Shown here piece by piece: positions 1-10,157 of a DNA stretch of 64,000 nucleotides. This stretch comes from Terriglobus sp. (lineage in GTDB: Bacteria; Acidobacteriota; Terriglobia; Terriglobales; Acidobacteriaceae): positions 1,732,082-1,796,081 of the forward strand of contig OZ255704.1 in assembly GCA_965276945.1 (NCBI GenBank), given 5' to 3'. Made by a program: the position numbers and the translations under genes. Each line of letters opens with the position of its first letter. Within the stretch, counting starts at the first letter, position 1. The notes below the pieces were generated by a model that saw nothing but the letters and a program-made list of their open reading frames with translations, searched no databases and had not been told where the DNA came from.

Positions 1-130
1 TTGTGATTTCGAATCCTGTTCGGACATGCTCTCCTGTATCGTACCTGTTCCCACTTAGACGATGCCGCACAGCAAGGGAAAGTTTGCAGGGGTATGATGC
101 AAAGCGGTACAGGAGCCCTGCCCGCGCCCA

Positions 131-1540
131 ATGCGTCTTAGCAGCCCAGCAGTTTCGCACCGCCGTAATCGCATCATGTTGATGTTGACAGGTGCGCTTC
201 TGGTTGCCGGATTCGTTCTTCGTGTCTTCTTCCTCCGGCGCCATGCTTTTATTCCCAACGACGCACTGTTGTATCAGGAGATTGCGCTGAACTGGATGCA
301 TGAGCACGTTTATGGTCTGTCCACGGACGCTGCTCCACGCCCCACCCTGATTCGTCTTCCAGGGTATCCCGCGATTCTTGCGGCGTGCGCGTTCCTCTTC
401 CGCCGCTGGGCGGATGATACGGGAACCCTGCGGAGCTTCCTGCCGGTCCTCTGGTTGCAGATCGCAGCCGACCTGTTGACGTGCTGGCTGGTCTCCCGCA
501 TCGCTCAGCGGCTCTTTGGGCAGCGCGCGGGACTCCTTGCGCTTGCGCTTGCGGCCCTGTGTCCATTCACGGCAAACTACACCGCTACGCCACTTACCGA
601 GACGTTCACCCTGACGCTGCTCGCGCTTGCGTTCCACCTTTTGCTGCGTTGGATGGAACGGCCCCGGTGGATCACCCTGGTCCTGCTCTCGGTGGCACTG
701 TCCGGAAGCATTCTGCTACGGCCCGATCAGGGACTACTTACGGTAGCCATCCTGCCCGCCGTTTTCATGGTGCGTTGGAAGCAATCAAGTGTGCGCACAG
801 CCGCGGCAAGTGTTGCCGTATGCCTGCTTCTGATATTCCTTGCGTTTGTGCCATGGACGGTGCGGAACTACCGAACTTTTGATGTCTTTCAGCCACTCGT
901 GCCTCCACTGGCAAACGACCCCGGGGAGGTGCCTCCGCGAGCCTTTCAGCATTGGTTTCGCACCTGGGCCATCGATTTCTCGGCGACTGAAGATGCGTAC
1001 TGGATCTACCCTGACCAGCCGGTACGTTTGGCGGACCTGCCAGACCGTGCATTCGATTCAGCAGCACAACGCGCGCGAACTGAGTTTTTGCTGGATCGCG
1101 CGGGAGCCGCCGGAACGCTCGATCCGAGTGTAGAGCGAGGCTTCGATCAGATGGCCTGGGAGCGCGAGCGCTCTCACCCGCTGCGCACGATTCTGCTGCC
1201 GGTTGCACGCCTGGCCAACATGCTGCTGCACCCCCGCACGGAGATGCTGCCAGTTGCGGAACGCTGGTGGCAATACCGTCTCCATCCAGCGCAAACCGTC
1301 TTTGCCTGGAGTTACGCGGCGCTGAACTTTGCCTACCTGGCCGCTGCTGTCGCAGGCTGGCGGCGAACCGTTGCTGCCAACCGGGTGCTTGCCCTGTCCA
1401 TGCTCGGCTATATCGTGCTGCGGTGTGGGCTTCTACTCACACTGGACAACGCCGAACAACGCTATACCCTCGAGTTCTTTCCAATCCTCTGGATCCTCGC
1501 CAGTTCGCTTGCCGCCAAACGTGACAATACACCCGCATGA
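131..1540 (+). CDS. Polytopic membrane glycosyltransferase, GT-C fold (GT39 / ArnT-PMT-like)
   Basis: 469-aa ORF with many hydrophobic segments. The early loop motif RPTLIRLPGYPAILAA resembles GT39/ArnT-type enzymes (recognised by eye). Its stop overlaps the next ORF start (ATGA, 1537-1540). Confidence 0.6.
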   Translation: MRLSSPAVSHRRNRIMLMLTGALLVAGFVLRVFFLRRHAFIPNDALLYQEIALNWMHEHVYGLSTDAAPRPTLIRLPGYPAILAACAFLFRRWADDTGTLRSFLPVLWLQIAADLLTCWLVSRIAQRLFGQRAGLLALALAALCPFTANYTATPLTETFTLTLLALAFHLLLRWMERPRWITLVLLSVALSGSILLRPDQGLLTVAILPAVFMVRWKQSSVRTAAASVAVCLLLIFLAFVPWTVRNYRTFDVFQPLVPPLANDPGEVPPRAFQHWFRTWAIDFSATEDAYWIYPDQPVRLADLPDRAFDSAAQRARTEFLLDRAGAAGTLDPSVERGFDQMAWERERSHPLRTILLPVARLANMLLHPRTEMLPVAERWWQYRLHPAQTVFAWSYAALNFAYLAAAVAGWRRTVAANRVLALSMLGYIVLRCGLLLTLDNAEQRYTLEFFPILWILASSLAAKRDNTPA

Positions 1541-1860
1541 TCGAAGACGCCTCACGTCTTGGAAAGATCACCGAGTGGAAGCACCTCACGGAGCACGTTT
1601 TGCCAGCATTGGCGCAAGAACATCACTGGCCGTTGCGTCTGGACCATTGTTTCAAGCGCGTCACCCTGGATTATGCCTTCCGCGATGTGTGGTATCGGCA
1701 TCTGCAAAAACCTGCTGAGTTGCACCTCAAGGGCGATGCACTGATACGTGCTCTTGCTTGCGCGCGCGAGATTGCAGAAGCAGGTGAGCCGATATTGCGT
1801 CTGCGCAACCAAGAAAGTCTCGCGTTTCGCGGCAAGCGCCGTCTAGCGGCGCAGCTTTGA
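1537..1860 (+). CDS. Hypothetical protein (107 aa)
   Basis: ORF coupled to the upstream GT-C gene by an ATGA overlap. I cannot name any motif. The 3' end overlaps the convergent dgt-like gene by 18 nt. Confidence 0.45.
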   Translation: MIEDASRLGKITEWKHLTEHVLPALAQEHHWPLRLDHCFKRVTLDYAFRDVWYRHLQKPAELHLKGDALIRALACAREIAEAGEPILRLRNQESLAFRGKRRLAAQL

Positions 1861-2988
1861 CGCTGTCCAGAATTGCTGGAGGATGTAGCTGTCCGTCATG
1901 CCAGCGATGTAGTCTGCAACAACGCGTGGCAGACCTTCCGTCGCACTCTCTTCCAAGTAGCCTGCGGGCAGTCGCTCCGGGTCGTGCATGTAGAAGTCAA
2001 AGAGGGTGGTGACGACGTTCTCCGCCTTATCATGCTCGGCTTCCAGCGTGGGACAGGTGTACAGCACATCGTGTAGATAGGCCTTCTCCTCGCGGCGTTG
2101 CGCCTCCACGCCGGGCGAAAAGGTAGCCACACGTTGCGGGAACGCCCGCACGGCAGCCAGCGTTCGCAACCCGTTTTGACTGGCCTTCATAGCAGTATTC
2201 TCTATTAAATCCCGGGTTAATTCCCTCTGCATCAATTGCAACGATTCGTGAAAAACGAACTTCCTCTCCACGTGGGGATGTTCCTGTGACACGCGCCGGT
2301 ATGCCTGGCCCATAATGCCGATGTGTTCGCAGACGTGATCGATGTCCAAGAGGCCGGACTCCACACCATCATCCAGGTCTGCCGTAAGGTACGCGATCTC
2401 ATCCGCAAGATCGATCACCTGGGCCTCGAGAGGTGGCCGCCTATCAAGAAAATACGGTGCCAGTGACGGATGCTGCTCAGCCGTATAGTCGCGGGAATGC
2501 TTGATGATGCCCTCACGCACGCCGATAGTCAAGTTCAGACCACGGTGCGCGGCGTACCAGTCCTCGAAGTGCTCCACGATGCGCAGGGCGTGTAGATTGT
2601 GATCGAAACGCAAGCCGTGCCGCGAAAGACAGCGATCCAATGCGCGTTCCCCAGCATGACCAAAGGGGGGATGGCCGATGTCGTGGACCAGCGCCAGCGC
2701 CTCCACCAACTCCTCGTTCAACTGCAGCGAACGCGCGACTTCACGTGCGATCTGCACGACCTCGATGGTGTGCGTCAGGCGTGAGCGGAAGTGATCGGAC
2801 TCCCGGCTGGTGAAGACCTGTGTCTTTCCCGCAAGCCGCCGGAAGGCGCGTGCCTGCACGATGCGCTCGCGGTCGCGCTGAAATCCTCCGGCGCGCACAT
2901 CTCCCGGTTCTTTCCACACGCGTGAGGAAAGATCGAGTTCGTGCTGGCCGCTGACATTGCAGCAACGCAGATCTAAGGTATGTTCCAC
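1843..2988 (-). CDS. dgt: dGTPase-like dNTP triphosphohydrolase (HD domain)
   Basis: 381 aa. Motifs FQRDRERIVQARAFRRLAGKTQVF, RLTHTIEVVQIAR and HDIGHPPFGHAGE form the Dgt/HD signature. Confidence 0.85.
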   Translation of the reverse strand: MEHTLDLRCCNVSGQHELDLSSRVWKEPGDVRAGGFQRDRERIVQARAFRRLAGKTQVFTSRESDHFRSRLTHTIEVVQIAREVARSLQLNEELVEALALVHDIGHPPFGHAGERALDRCLSRHGLRFDHNLHALRIVEHFEDWYAAHRGLNLTIGVREGIIKHSRDYTAEQHPSLAPYFLDRRPPLEAQVIDLADEIAYLTADLDDGVESGLLDIDHVCEHIGIMGQAYRRVSQEHPHVERKFVFHESLQLMQRELTRDLIENTAMKASQNGLRTLAAVRAFPQRVATFSPGVEAQRREEKAYLHDVLYTCPTLEAEHDKAENVVTTLFDFYMHDPERLPAGYLEESATEGLPRVVADYIAGMTDSYILQQFWTASKLRR

Positions 2989-3002
2989 TACGTGAGTTCC
3001 GC

Positions 3003-5126
3003 TTACGGCGTCACCTTGGCACCGGGAGCATTTCTTGCCAGCTTCACCTTGGCGGAGTCCAGCCGCTTGTGTAGCTTGCTTACGTCTTCCGGATCAACGT
3101 CAGCAGGCAACGACCGGCTATATTCCGCCAGCGCGCGCTCCCACTGCGCGACGGCGAGTTTTAGCTTGCCCTGCTTCTCCATTGCCTGTCCCAGGTGGTC
3201 ATGCAGGGTTGGGTCGGTGGCGTTGCGGTCGACTGCATTCTGTAGCAGATTCTCCGCGGCCGTGTATTCACCCTGGCGGAAGTACACCCAGCCTTCGGTA
3301 TCCAGATACGCGTAATTTTGCGGGTCGAGTTCCACGGCTTTCTTTATCATCGTGAGCGCCTCGGCCAGCCTGATGCCACGCTCCGCGTACATATACGCCA
3401 GGTAATTCAATGTCTGCGCGTTGTTCGGATCGATGTCCAGAACTTTGCGGAACCATGTGTCCGCCTCGTCCTTCTTTCCCTGCTTGTCGGCTATCGTGCC
3501 ACGCAGGAAGTAGAGGTACACCTTGTCCTCGGGCTTTTGCGAAAAGTTCTCGGATTTATCAAGCGCCGTCGAGGCATCGTTCCACCGTTGGAGCCGCAGG
3601 TACGCCTGCGCCAGAGACAAATAGGTGACCCGGTCGTCGGGCTTGCCATTCAACTGCTTGTTCAGCAGCGCGATGCCTTCGTCGGCCTTGCCAGTGTCGG
3701 CAAGTTGACCAGCGTACAGTATCTGCGCATCGCGGTCATTGGGAGCGTCCTTGGCGGCGGCCTGTGCAACCACGGCAGCCTTGTCCCACTGGTGGGCATC
3801 GCGGTACGCGTCCACCTCGCCGCTGATGCCACGATTCTTCAGGTCGCCACCTAGCTCGATCATCTGCTTATAGGCGTCAACGGCTGCGTCTGTCTTGTTC
3901 TCTTCCCGGTACAGCACAGCCAACCGGTCCAGGAAGATACCGCGATTGTTGCGTTCACCTTCCGTGTACTTGCCGTCTGTTTTGACTGTCGTGGCAAGCA
4001 CGCCTTTTAGCGTCTTTTCAGCGTCCGCGTAACGGCCCAGCGAGTCGTACAGCAGCGCTTCATTGAAGACGAGTTCCTCGGAGTCCGGGACAATCGCCTT
4101 CGCCTTCTGCAACGTGGTTAGAGCAAGGTCGTAGTGGCCCTGCCTGCGCTGAATTTCAGAGATTTTGATGTAGCTCTGTGCGTCCTGGGGCTCCGCCGCG
4201 ACAATCGCCGCGTACATCTTTAGCGCATCATCCAGTTTGTCGGCATTCAGCAGCGCATTCGCTAGGCCGCGCCTTGCGTCCGTGTTGTCGCTTTCTATAT
4301 CCAGCGCACGCTGGTAGGCGGCGGCAGCCTCTCTTGGTTTATGCAGCTGATCGTAGCTCGCGCCAATGGCAAGCTCGATGCGCACCGAGCGCTCCGATTC
4401 GGGGAGCGCCGTCAGGGTGGCAATGACGCGTTGCGTATCACCCTGCTCGCTGTAGAGCCGCGCCAAGTTCAGCAGGGACTCCTCCGAACCATTATCCAGG
4501 CTTTGCGCGGCTTTGAACTGTGCTTCGGCTTTCGCGGATTCGTGATTCACCTCATAGAGCTGGCCCAGCAAAAGGTGGCTTTCCGCAACGTTCGGCTCCA
4601 GCTTTACCAGCGTCTCGTACTCGCCCGTCGCAAGCTGTAGCATCTGCGACTGCGGCCCATTCTGCACATCGCCTAGTGAACGGTAGTAGATGCGCGCCAG
4701 CAAGCGATGCGCCTCCAGGTCGCTGGGGTTCTTCTTAACCTGTTCCTGCGCGACCTCGACGGCTTCGCGGATGCGTCCAAGCTTGAAGTACAAGTCTGCG
4801 AGACCATCCTGTAGGTAGGTCGAGTTGGGGTCGGCATCCAGCGCCAGTTTGTACTGCTCCACGGCTTGCGTAGCATAATCGGAGCGGCCCTGGGTGGTTG
4901 CCAGGTCCTCGTAAATGTGTGCCAAACCGTAGTGGTAGTATGCAGCGCTCGCTCCAGTCGAGGACGAAGCAATGACCTGCGGCGGCAGTGGTGCTGGCTG
5001 ATTCTTCTGCGCGGCGGCGCTGGTACATGCGAACGCTGTGACTGATACCGCATACAGCGGCAGAGTTCGAACAAGACGGAGCCGGAGGCAGACAGCGTCG
5101 CGCAGATCAGACATCAAAGAAACCAT
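3003..5126 (-). CDS. Secreted/lipoprotein-like TPR repeat protein
   Basis: 707 aa with an N-terminal hydrophobic leader that has a lipobox-like TAFAC. The body consists of repeated TPR-type helices (ALDADPNSTYL, ALDIESDNTDA, VLDIDPNNAQT, AVELDPQNYAY). Confidence 0.8.
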   Translation of the reverse strand: MVSLMSDLRDAVCLRLRLVRTLPLYAVSVTAFACTSAAAQKNQPAPLPPQVIASSSTGASAAYYHYGLAHIYEDLATTQGRSDYATQAVEQYKLALDADPNSTYLQDGLADLYFKLGRIREAVEVAQEQVKKNPSDLEAHRLLARIYYRSLGDVQNGPQSQMLQLATGEYETLVKLEPNVAESHLLLGQLYEVNHESAKAEAQFKAAQSLDNGSEESLLNLARLYSEQGDTQRVIATLTALPESERSVRIELAIGASYDQLHKPREAAAAYQRALDIESDNTDARRGLANALLNADKLDDALKMYAAIVAAEPQDAQSYIKISEIQRRQGHYDLALTTLQKAKAIVPDSEELVFNEALLYDSLGRYADAEKTLKGVLATTVKTDGKYTEGERNNRGIFLDRLAVLYREENKTDAAVDAYKQMIELGGDLKNRGISGEVDAYRDAHQWDKAAVVAQAAAKDAPNDRDAQILYAGQLADTGKADEGIALLNKQLNGKPDDRVTYLSLAQAYLRLQRWNDASTALDKSENFSQKPEDKVYLYFLRGTIADKQGKKDEADTWFRKVLDIDPNNAQTLNYLAYMYAERGIRLAEALTMIKKAVELDPQNYAYLDTEGWVYFRQGEYTAAENLLQNAVDRNATDPTLHDHLGQAMEKQGKLKLAVAQWERALAEYSRSLPADVDPEDVSKLHKRLDSAKVKLARNAPGAKVTP

Positions 5127-5213
5127 TCCTTCTGCCGATTCTCCGCTCTTGCGGTCCGGCTCACAGGGTTATAGAAGGTTAGACGAAGAACAGCACGCAG
5201 TGGATGCGGAGAG

Positions 5214-6797
5214 CTACCCGTGCCGGAAGTGTCTCATACCAGTGAAGAGCATTGCGACCCCCAAACGGTCCGCCGCGGCAATTACTTCCTCGTCTCGCAC
5301 GCTGCCACCCGGCTGAATGACCGCGGTTGCACCGGCATTGGCAACGGTCTCCAGGCCGTCCGCGAATGGAAAGAACGCATCAGAGGCCGCTATCGTACCA
5401 GCCAACGGGAGCACCGCTTTCATGGCACCAAAGCGCGCCGCATCCACGCGGCTCATCTGCCCGGCACCGATGCCCACGCTTTGGCCATGCCCCAGGTGCG
5501 TGCGGGCGTACACAATCGCATTGGACTTCACATGCTTGCAGACTACCCACGCGAAGCGAAGCGCGACCATCTCCGCGTCCGTTGGCTGCCGCTTTGTGAC
5601 AGCTTTTAGTTCAACCTGCGCCAGTGATCCACGGTCCGCATCCTGCAGCAGCATGCCGCCGGAGATCTGTTTCAGAGCACGGGACGCCCTTGCCGGGACG
5701 ATCTGTAGCAGCCGCAGATTCTTCTTGGCCGCGAAGCGCTCCCGCGCTTCCGGTGTAAAGTCCGGCGCCACAATTGCTTCGACGAAGAGCTTCGCGATTT
5801 CTTCCGCGGCCGCGCCATCCACCGCCCTGTTCACACCAATCACGCCGCCAAAGGCCGACACGGGGTCGGCCGCAAGTGCGTTCCGATACGCGTCAAGCAC
5901 GGTCGTACCCGTCGCCACGCCGCAGGGGTTCGTGTGCTTGATGATGGCCACGGCGGTTTCGTCGAACTCGCTCACGAGTTCCCAGCAGGCGTCCAGATCG
6001 ACCAGGTTGTTAAATGAAAGCTCTTTGCCCTGCAACTGCTTTGCGTTTGCAATACCTGATCCTGATCCATCCGTGTACAGCGCGGCTGCCTGATGAGGGT
6101 TTTCGCCGTACCGCAGTGTTCCTTTCAAAGACATATTCAGGCGGAGCGAGACTGGCATGGTCTCTTCATTGAGGGTTGCAGGCTGCTCATGTGAACCGTC
6201 CGGTTCGCTCATCTGTTCCAGCGCGTTGGCGATGGCAGTGTCGTACGCCGCAGTCGTGGCAAACGCTGCTTTCGCCAGCCGCCAACGCGTCTCTAGCGAC
6301 ACCGTGCCAGCGTTCGCCTCCATCTCCGAGGCAATGCTGTCGTAATCCGCCGTGCATGTCACCACCGCGACATCCACGAAGTTCTTCGCGGCAGAGCGAA
6401 TCATGCTGGGTCCGCCAATATCGATGTTTTCGATCACCTCCGCAAAGCGAACGCCGGGCCGTCTCGCCGTCTGCTGAAACGCGTACAGGTTCACCACCAC
6501 CATGTCGATCGGCTCAATAGCATGCGCATTGATCGCCGCCAGATGCTCGGGGTTGGAGCGAACATGCAGAATGCCGCCGTGCACCTTCGGGTGCAACGTC
6601 TTCACTCGCCCATCCAGCATCTCCGGAAACCCTGTTAGGTCGCTGATTTCGCGCACCGGCAGACCGCCCACACGCAGCATTTTCGCAGTGCCGCCCGTGG
6701 AGACAAGCTCCACGCCCATGGCATGCAGCCGCTGTGCAAACGGCAATAAACCACTTTTGTCTGTCACGCTTAAAAGCGCGCGCCGCACCTTACTCAC
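5214..6797 (-). CDS. purH: Bifunctional AICAR transformylase / IMP cyclohydrolase
   Basis: 527 aa with an MGS-like N-terminus (RRALLSVTDKSGL) and IIKHTNPCGVA. Full-length PurH architecture. GTG start at 6797. Confidence 0.95.
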   Translation of the reverse strand: MSKVRRALLSVTDKSGLLPFAQRLHAMGVELVSTGGTAKMLRVGGLPVREISDLTGFPEMLDGRVKTLHPKVHGGILHVRSNPEHLAAINAHAIEPIDMVVVNLYAFQQTARRPGVRFAEVIENIDIGGPSMIRSAAKNFVDVAVVTCTADYDSIASEMEANAGTVSLETRWRLAKAAFATTAAYDTAIANALEQMSEPDGSHEQPATLNEETMPVSLRLNMSLKGTLRYGENPHQAAALYTDGSGSGIANAKQLQGKELSFNNLVDLDACWELVSEFDETAVAIIKHTNPCGVATGTTVLDAYRNALAADPVSAFGGVIGVNRAVDGAAAEEIAKLFVEAIVAPDFTPEARERFAAKKNLRLLQIVPARASRALKQISGGMLLQDADRGSLAQVELKAVTKRQPTDAEMVALRFAWVVCKHVKSNAIVYARTHLGHGQSVGIGAGQMSRVDAARFGAMKAVLPLAGTIAASDAFFPFADGLETVANAGATAVIQPGGSVRDEEVIAAADRLGVAMLFTGMRHFRHG

Positions 6798-7140
6798 TCT
6801 TAGTACCCTCTAACTTAGCTCGAATCGCGGATAAGAAGGCAGGCAGTTTGCTACTGACCGCTTGCCAGATTTCTGTATCATCCACTCTGCCGTACTCATG
6901 AATCAGTAATTGCGTAAGCCAATAATCTTATGATAGTCAGGTATTTCAGCTAGCACACCTTCGTTTTCCCGCGCCGCAGCTTGACAAGTCCTTCGCCAAT
7001 CATTTCCAGGCATCGTTCAACCGATTGCGCGGACCACCATCCGCTAAATAGGACCCTAAGTCTTGCCTGTCAACGTAGTCCAGTATCTCTTCACACGCAC
7101 GAGCTATATCCTCGGAGAAGATCTGCTCGTCACGCAGCAT
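6790..7140 (-). pseudogene. hepT: HepT (DUF86) toxin pseudogene, three frame changes
   Basis: Minus-strand reading from ATG 7140 gives four pieces. Piece 1: MLRDEQIFSEDIARACEEILDYVDRQDLGSYLADG. After a shift: SAQSVERCLEMIGEGLVKL. After a shift: ENEGVLAEIPDYHKIIGLRN. After a shift: LIHEYGRVDDTEIWQAVSSKLPAFLSAIRAKLEGTKSE*. Joined, they make a full-length DUF86 protein whose RX4HXY motif (RN.LIHEY) is split by a frameshift. No intact ORF appears in the track. Confidence 0.7.
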
Positions 7141-7161
7141 AAAGCAATTCTTTCTAACTAT

Positions 7162-7443
7162 TTACATACTTGAGAAGAACAGGATTTTTAGCCCACGTTC
7201 TGGAATCACATCCACCTTGCGCCCAAAGAGTGCCTCAAAGGCCATCTTCAGTTCCGTATACTCCCACAACCCGCCTTTGTGGCCCTCGGGCTTGAAATCC
7301 ACTAGAAAATCAATGTCGCTTGTTTCCGGATTGAAATCATCGCGCAGCACGGACCCGAAGACCAGCAGGCGCGCGAGCTTGTGTTCACGGCAAAGAGCTT
7401 CGATCTGCTCGCGCCGCTGCTCGATTTCGTACCGGCCACTCAT
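7162..7443 (-). CDS. mntA: MntA-type nucleotidyltransferase antitoxin (minimal NTase)
   Basis: 93 aa with the motif FGSVLRDDFNPETSDIDFLVDF (GS..., DxD). It lies 21 nt upstream of the HepT remnant. The C-terminal tail (GLKILFFSSM*) would read GLKNPVLLKYVNS* with one more A in the A5 run, so a terminal frameshift is possible. Confidence 0.8.
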   Translation of the reverse strand: MSGRYEIEQRREQIEALCREHKLARLLVFGSVLRDDFNPETSDIDFLVDFKPEGHKGGLWEYTELKMAFEALFGRKVDVIPERGLKILFFSSM

Positions 7444-7471
7444 GTTGCAAGTCTAGCGTAGACGTATCCAC

Positions 7472-8395
7472 TCATAGCTTGATTTGTCCAACGAGGTCAC
7501 CGATCTTTTCCACCGTATGTGCCACGCACCACTTCTCTAGCCCCGTGGCAATCTTCTCCGGCGCGCGGGGATCCGCGTAGCTGGCCGTGCCCACCTGGAC
7601 GGCTGTCGCGCCGGCCAGCAGGAACTCGACTGCATCCTCCGCTTTTACAATCCCGCCGAGACCAACCACCGGGATACGCACGGCGCGCGCCACTTCCCAC
7701 ACCATGCGTATGGCGATGGGCTTGATTGCCGGTCCGCTCAACCCGCCCGTCACATTGGCGATGCGAGGCCTGCGCGTCTCAACATCAATCGCAAGCGACA
7801 GAAACGTGTTCACCAGTGACACAGCATCCGCCCCCGCCGCCTCTGCCACGCGAGCCATTCCCGCAATGTTGGTCACGTTCGGCGACAGCTTCACCATCAG
7901 TGGCCGCTTCGACACGGCACGGCAGGCATGCACAAGGTCGCCCAGCGATTGGGGATCGGTGCCGAAGACCATGCCGCCATGCTTTGTATTGGGGCAACTC
8001 GCATTCAATTCATACATCACGATGCCGTCGGCTTCGTTCAATTCCTTGACCACCGCAATGCAATCCTCAATCGTGAAGCCGAAGACATTCGCGATGCAGA
8101 CCGCTCCCCGCATTCGCCGGATACCCGGCAGTTTGTCACGGATGAATGCCTTGACGCCTACGTTCTGGAGGCCGATGGCGTTGATCATGCCTGTTGCGGT
8201 CTCAATGATGCGCGGCGCGGGATTGCCCTCCATCGGCTCACGCGACAGGCCCTTGGTAATAAACGCGCCAATGCGATCGACGGAAAGTATTTCCTCAAAC
8301 TCCACGCCGTACCCGAATGTTCCGCTGGCCGCGATCACTGGCGAGCGCAGCCGCACGCCCGCGACTTCGACGCTCATGTCAGGCGATGTGCTCAC
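7472..8395 (-). CDS. pyrD: Dihydroorotate dehydrogenase, class 1 catalytic subunit
   Basis: 307 aa with SPVIAASGTFGYG and YELNASCPN (active-site Cys type). The GTG start overlaps the stop of the upstream gene (GTGA). Confidence 0.9.
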   Translation of the reverse strand: MSTSPDMSVEVAGVRLRSPVIAASGTFGYGVEFEEILSVDRIGAFITKGLSREPMEGNPAPRIIETATGMINAIGLQNVGVKAFIRDKLPGIRRMRGAVCIANVFGFTIEDCIAVVKELNEADGIVMYELNASCPNTKHGGMVFGTDPQSLGDLVHACRAVSKRPLMVKLSPNVTNIAGMARVAEAAGADAVSLVNTFLSLAIDVETRRPRIANVTGGLSGPAIKPIAIRMVWEVARAVRIPVVGLGGIVKAEDAVEFLLAGATAVQVGTASYADPRAPEKIATGLEKWCVAHTVEKIGDLVGQIKL

Positions 8396-10065
8396 CGCGT
8401 CATGTCCGCGTACACGGTATGTGAGACCTCCGGCTGAAGCGCCTCGATCAGCACACGGCCTATTGCCGCGGAAGGCCGGTTGATGCGCAGCATCGAGGCC
8501 AGGGTTGCCGCAATGTCCACTGGTGCCACCACGCCGTGATAGGTCCCAGGGCGTATGCCGGGACCAAAGATTTCCAATGGAACATGCCGGTCATATGAGT
8601 TGGCCGAGTAGTGTGTCTCACCTGTTTCGTATCCGCCGTACTGATAGGCGCCCAGGTTCAGGTGCACCGCCCATCCCATGCGCGGCGAATAACTGTGCAG
8701 TTCACGGCGTCCATACTCCGTGTCCGGCACCGCGCCCGTGCGCAACTGGGTTGCGGTGTAGACAAATTGCGCGTGCACCGGCGGAGGAAGACGGCCACCT
8801 GGCGCGCCTTTCGCAGGCGTGTCAATCAATGGCTGCTTCTCTAAATACGCGTACACAGCTCCGGCAGTCGCATCCTCCGCATCCGCCTCGCTTACGCCCT
8901 GTGCGGTTAAGGCAGAAGAATCCAACTGTATCCACGGATAGTCCACGCCAAGTACATACTTTACGCGTCCGGCCGGCTTGAACCGGGCCTGCAATGAGGC
9001 CTCCAGCGCCTCCTGGAATGGCTTCGTCGGCAGACTGCGCGCTGGCATGCCGTAGGAAACAGCAGCAGCAATCGATGGTGCCACGCCGTGATCGCCCGTA
9101 AACGTCACCACAACATTCTTTAAGCCAACCGTACTGTCCAGCCATGTGAAAAAGCTGTCCAGCTGGGTATCCGCGGTGTCGATCATTGCCCGCAACGCTG
9201 GGTCGTCCGGGCCAACGGCATGGCCCAGCAGGTCCGTCGAAGAGATCGAAAGTGTCAGCAGATCCGTCACACCGGCACTATTCCCGCCGAGGTGTTCGTG
9301 CTCGATCAGCGCCTTCGCAAAGTCCAACTGGTAACTGACCGAGGAGGGTGTCCGGCCCACCTTGTCATAAAAGCTGCCACTCGCCACGCCCGCTTCCTTC
9401 CGTGCCTGCGAGATGCGTTCGCCGTGATTGAAGGCTGTCACCCAGTCCGGCAGCGCTTTTAGCCAGTACGTGGAGCTGATCCATTCACCCGACTCGTGAT
9501 CCGTCCAGTAGACCGCTTGCTGCGCGTGTCCTGAGGTCAGGATCGCAGCCCTGTCTTTGAACGAAACGCCGAAGACACGCGCCTTGCCACCTGTCGCCAG
9601 CACGAGTTCATCGCCCAACGTCGATGCCATCTCGTTTTTGGGTGATGCGCCTGGCGCATCGGCGGTTCCCTTTGGCACGCCCACCAGACGGTAGCGATCG
9701 TCTTCCACGGACGTTACCTGGTGCGGTTTGCCGTCGCGGCCGGTCTCGTACCACTCATTCAACGGCACGCCGTGGCCGTCGGTATACGCCCCCGTGCCAA
9801 TCGTGGAGTGCCCGGCAGCCGTCACCAGGTTTGCATAGTCGAAATAACAATCGGTAAAGTGCGCTCCCTGCCGCAGAAACAGGTTCCAGCCATTCTTCGC
9901 CTTGAAATCCCCACGATAGCGATCCAGGTAGTCGCCGCGAAACTGGTCGAAGACCAGTTCGATCACCAGCTTGGGTGACCCATCGTATGCGGCGGCATGC
10001 ACGGGCACGCACGGTGAGACCACAAACAGAAAACCAAGAAGAGCAGCCATGTGGCGCATAACCAT
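8392..10065 (-). CDS. Secreted alkaline-phosphatase-superfamily protein (nucleotide pyrophosphatase/phosphodiesterase-like)
   Basis: Motifs HSTIGTGAYTDGHG and VVTFTGDHGVAP (metal-binding DHG). The signal peptide MRHMAALLGFLFVVSPCVPVHA favours a start at 10065/10059 over the track start at 10173, which would overlap serS. Confidence 0.75.
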   Translation of the reverse strand: MVMRHMAALLGFLFVVSPCVPVHAAAYDGSPKLVIELVFDQFRGDYLDRYRGDFKAKNGWNLFLRQGAHFTDCYFDYANLVTAAGHSTIGTGAYTDGHGVPLNEWYETGRDGKPHQVTSVEDDRYRLVGVPKGTADAPGASPKNEMASTLGDELVLATGGKARVFGVSFKDRAAILTSGHAQQAVYWTDHESGEWISSTYWLKALPDWVTAFNHGERISQARKEAGVASGSFYDKVGRTPSSVSYQLDFAKALIEHEHLGGNSAGVTDLLTLSISSTDLLGHAVGPDDPALRAMIDTADTQLDSFFTWLDSTVGLKNVVVTFTGDHGVAPSIAAAVSYGMPARSLPTKPFQEALEASLQARFKPAGRVKYVLGVDYPWIQLDSSALTAQGVSEADAEDATAGAVYAYLEKQPLIDTPAKGAPGGRLPPPVHAQFVYTATQLRTGAVPDTEYGRRELHSYSPRMGWAVHLNLGAYQYGGYETGETHYSANSYDRHVPLEIFGPGIRPGTYHGVVAPVDIAATLASMLRINRPSAAIGRVLIEALQPEVSHTVYADMTR

Positions 10066-10157
10066 ATGACAGTATGCTATCCGGTCCAGGCCACGCATCG
10101 CGTAACCGAACCACATTGCGCATGCCGCGTACATGCTTTTCCCGCTACCATGGAGAG

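Noticed and set aside
1-40. TTCGAATCC-like string at 8-16 suggesting a tRNA T-loop at the window edge
   Set aside because: The flanking bases cannot form a 5-bp T-stem on either strand (GTGAT/CCTGT pairs poorly). No acceptor or CCA context is visible, and the window truncates any upstream part.
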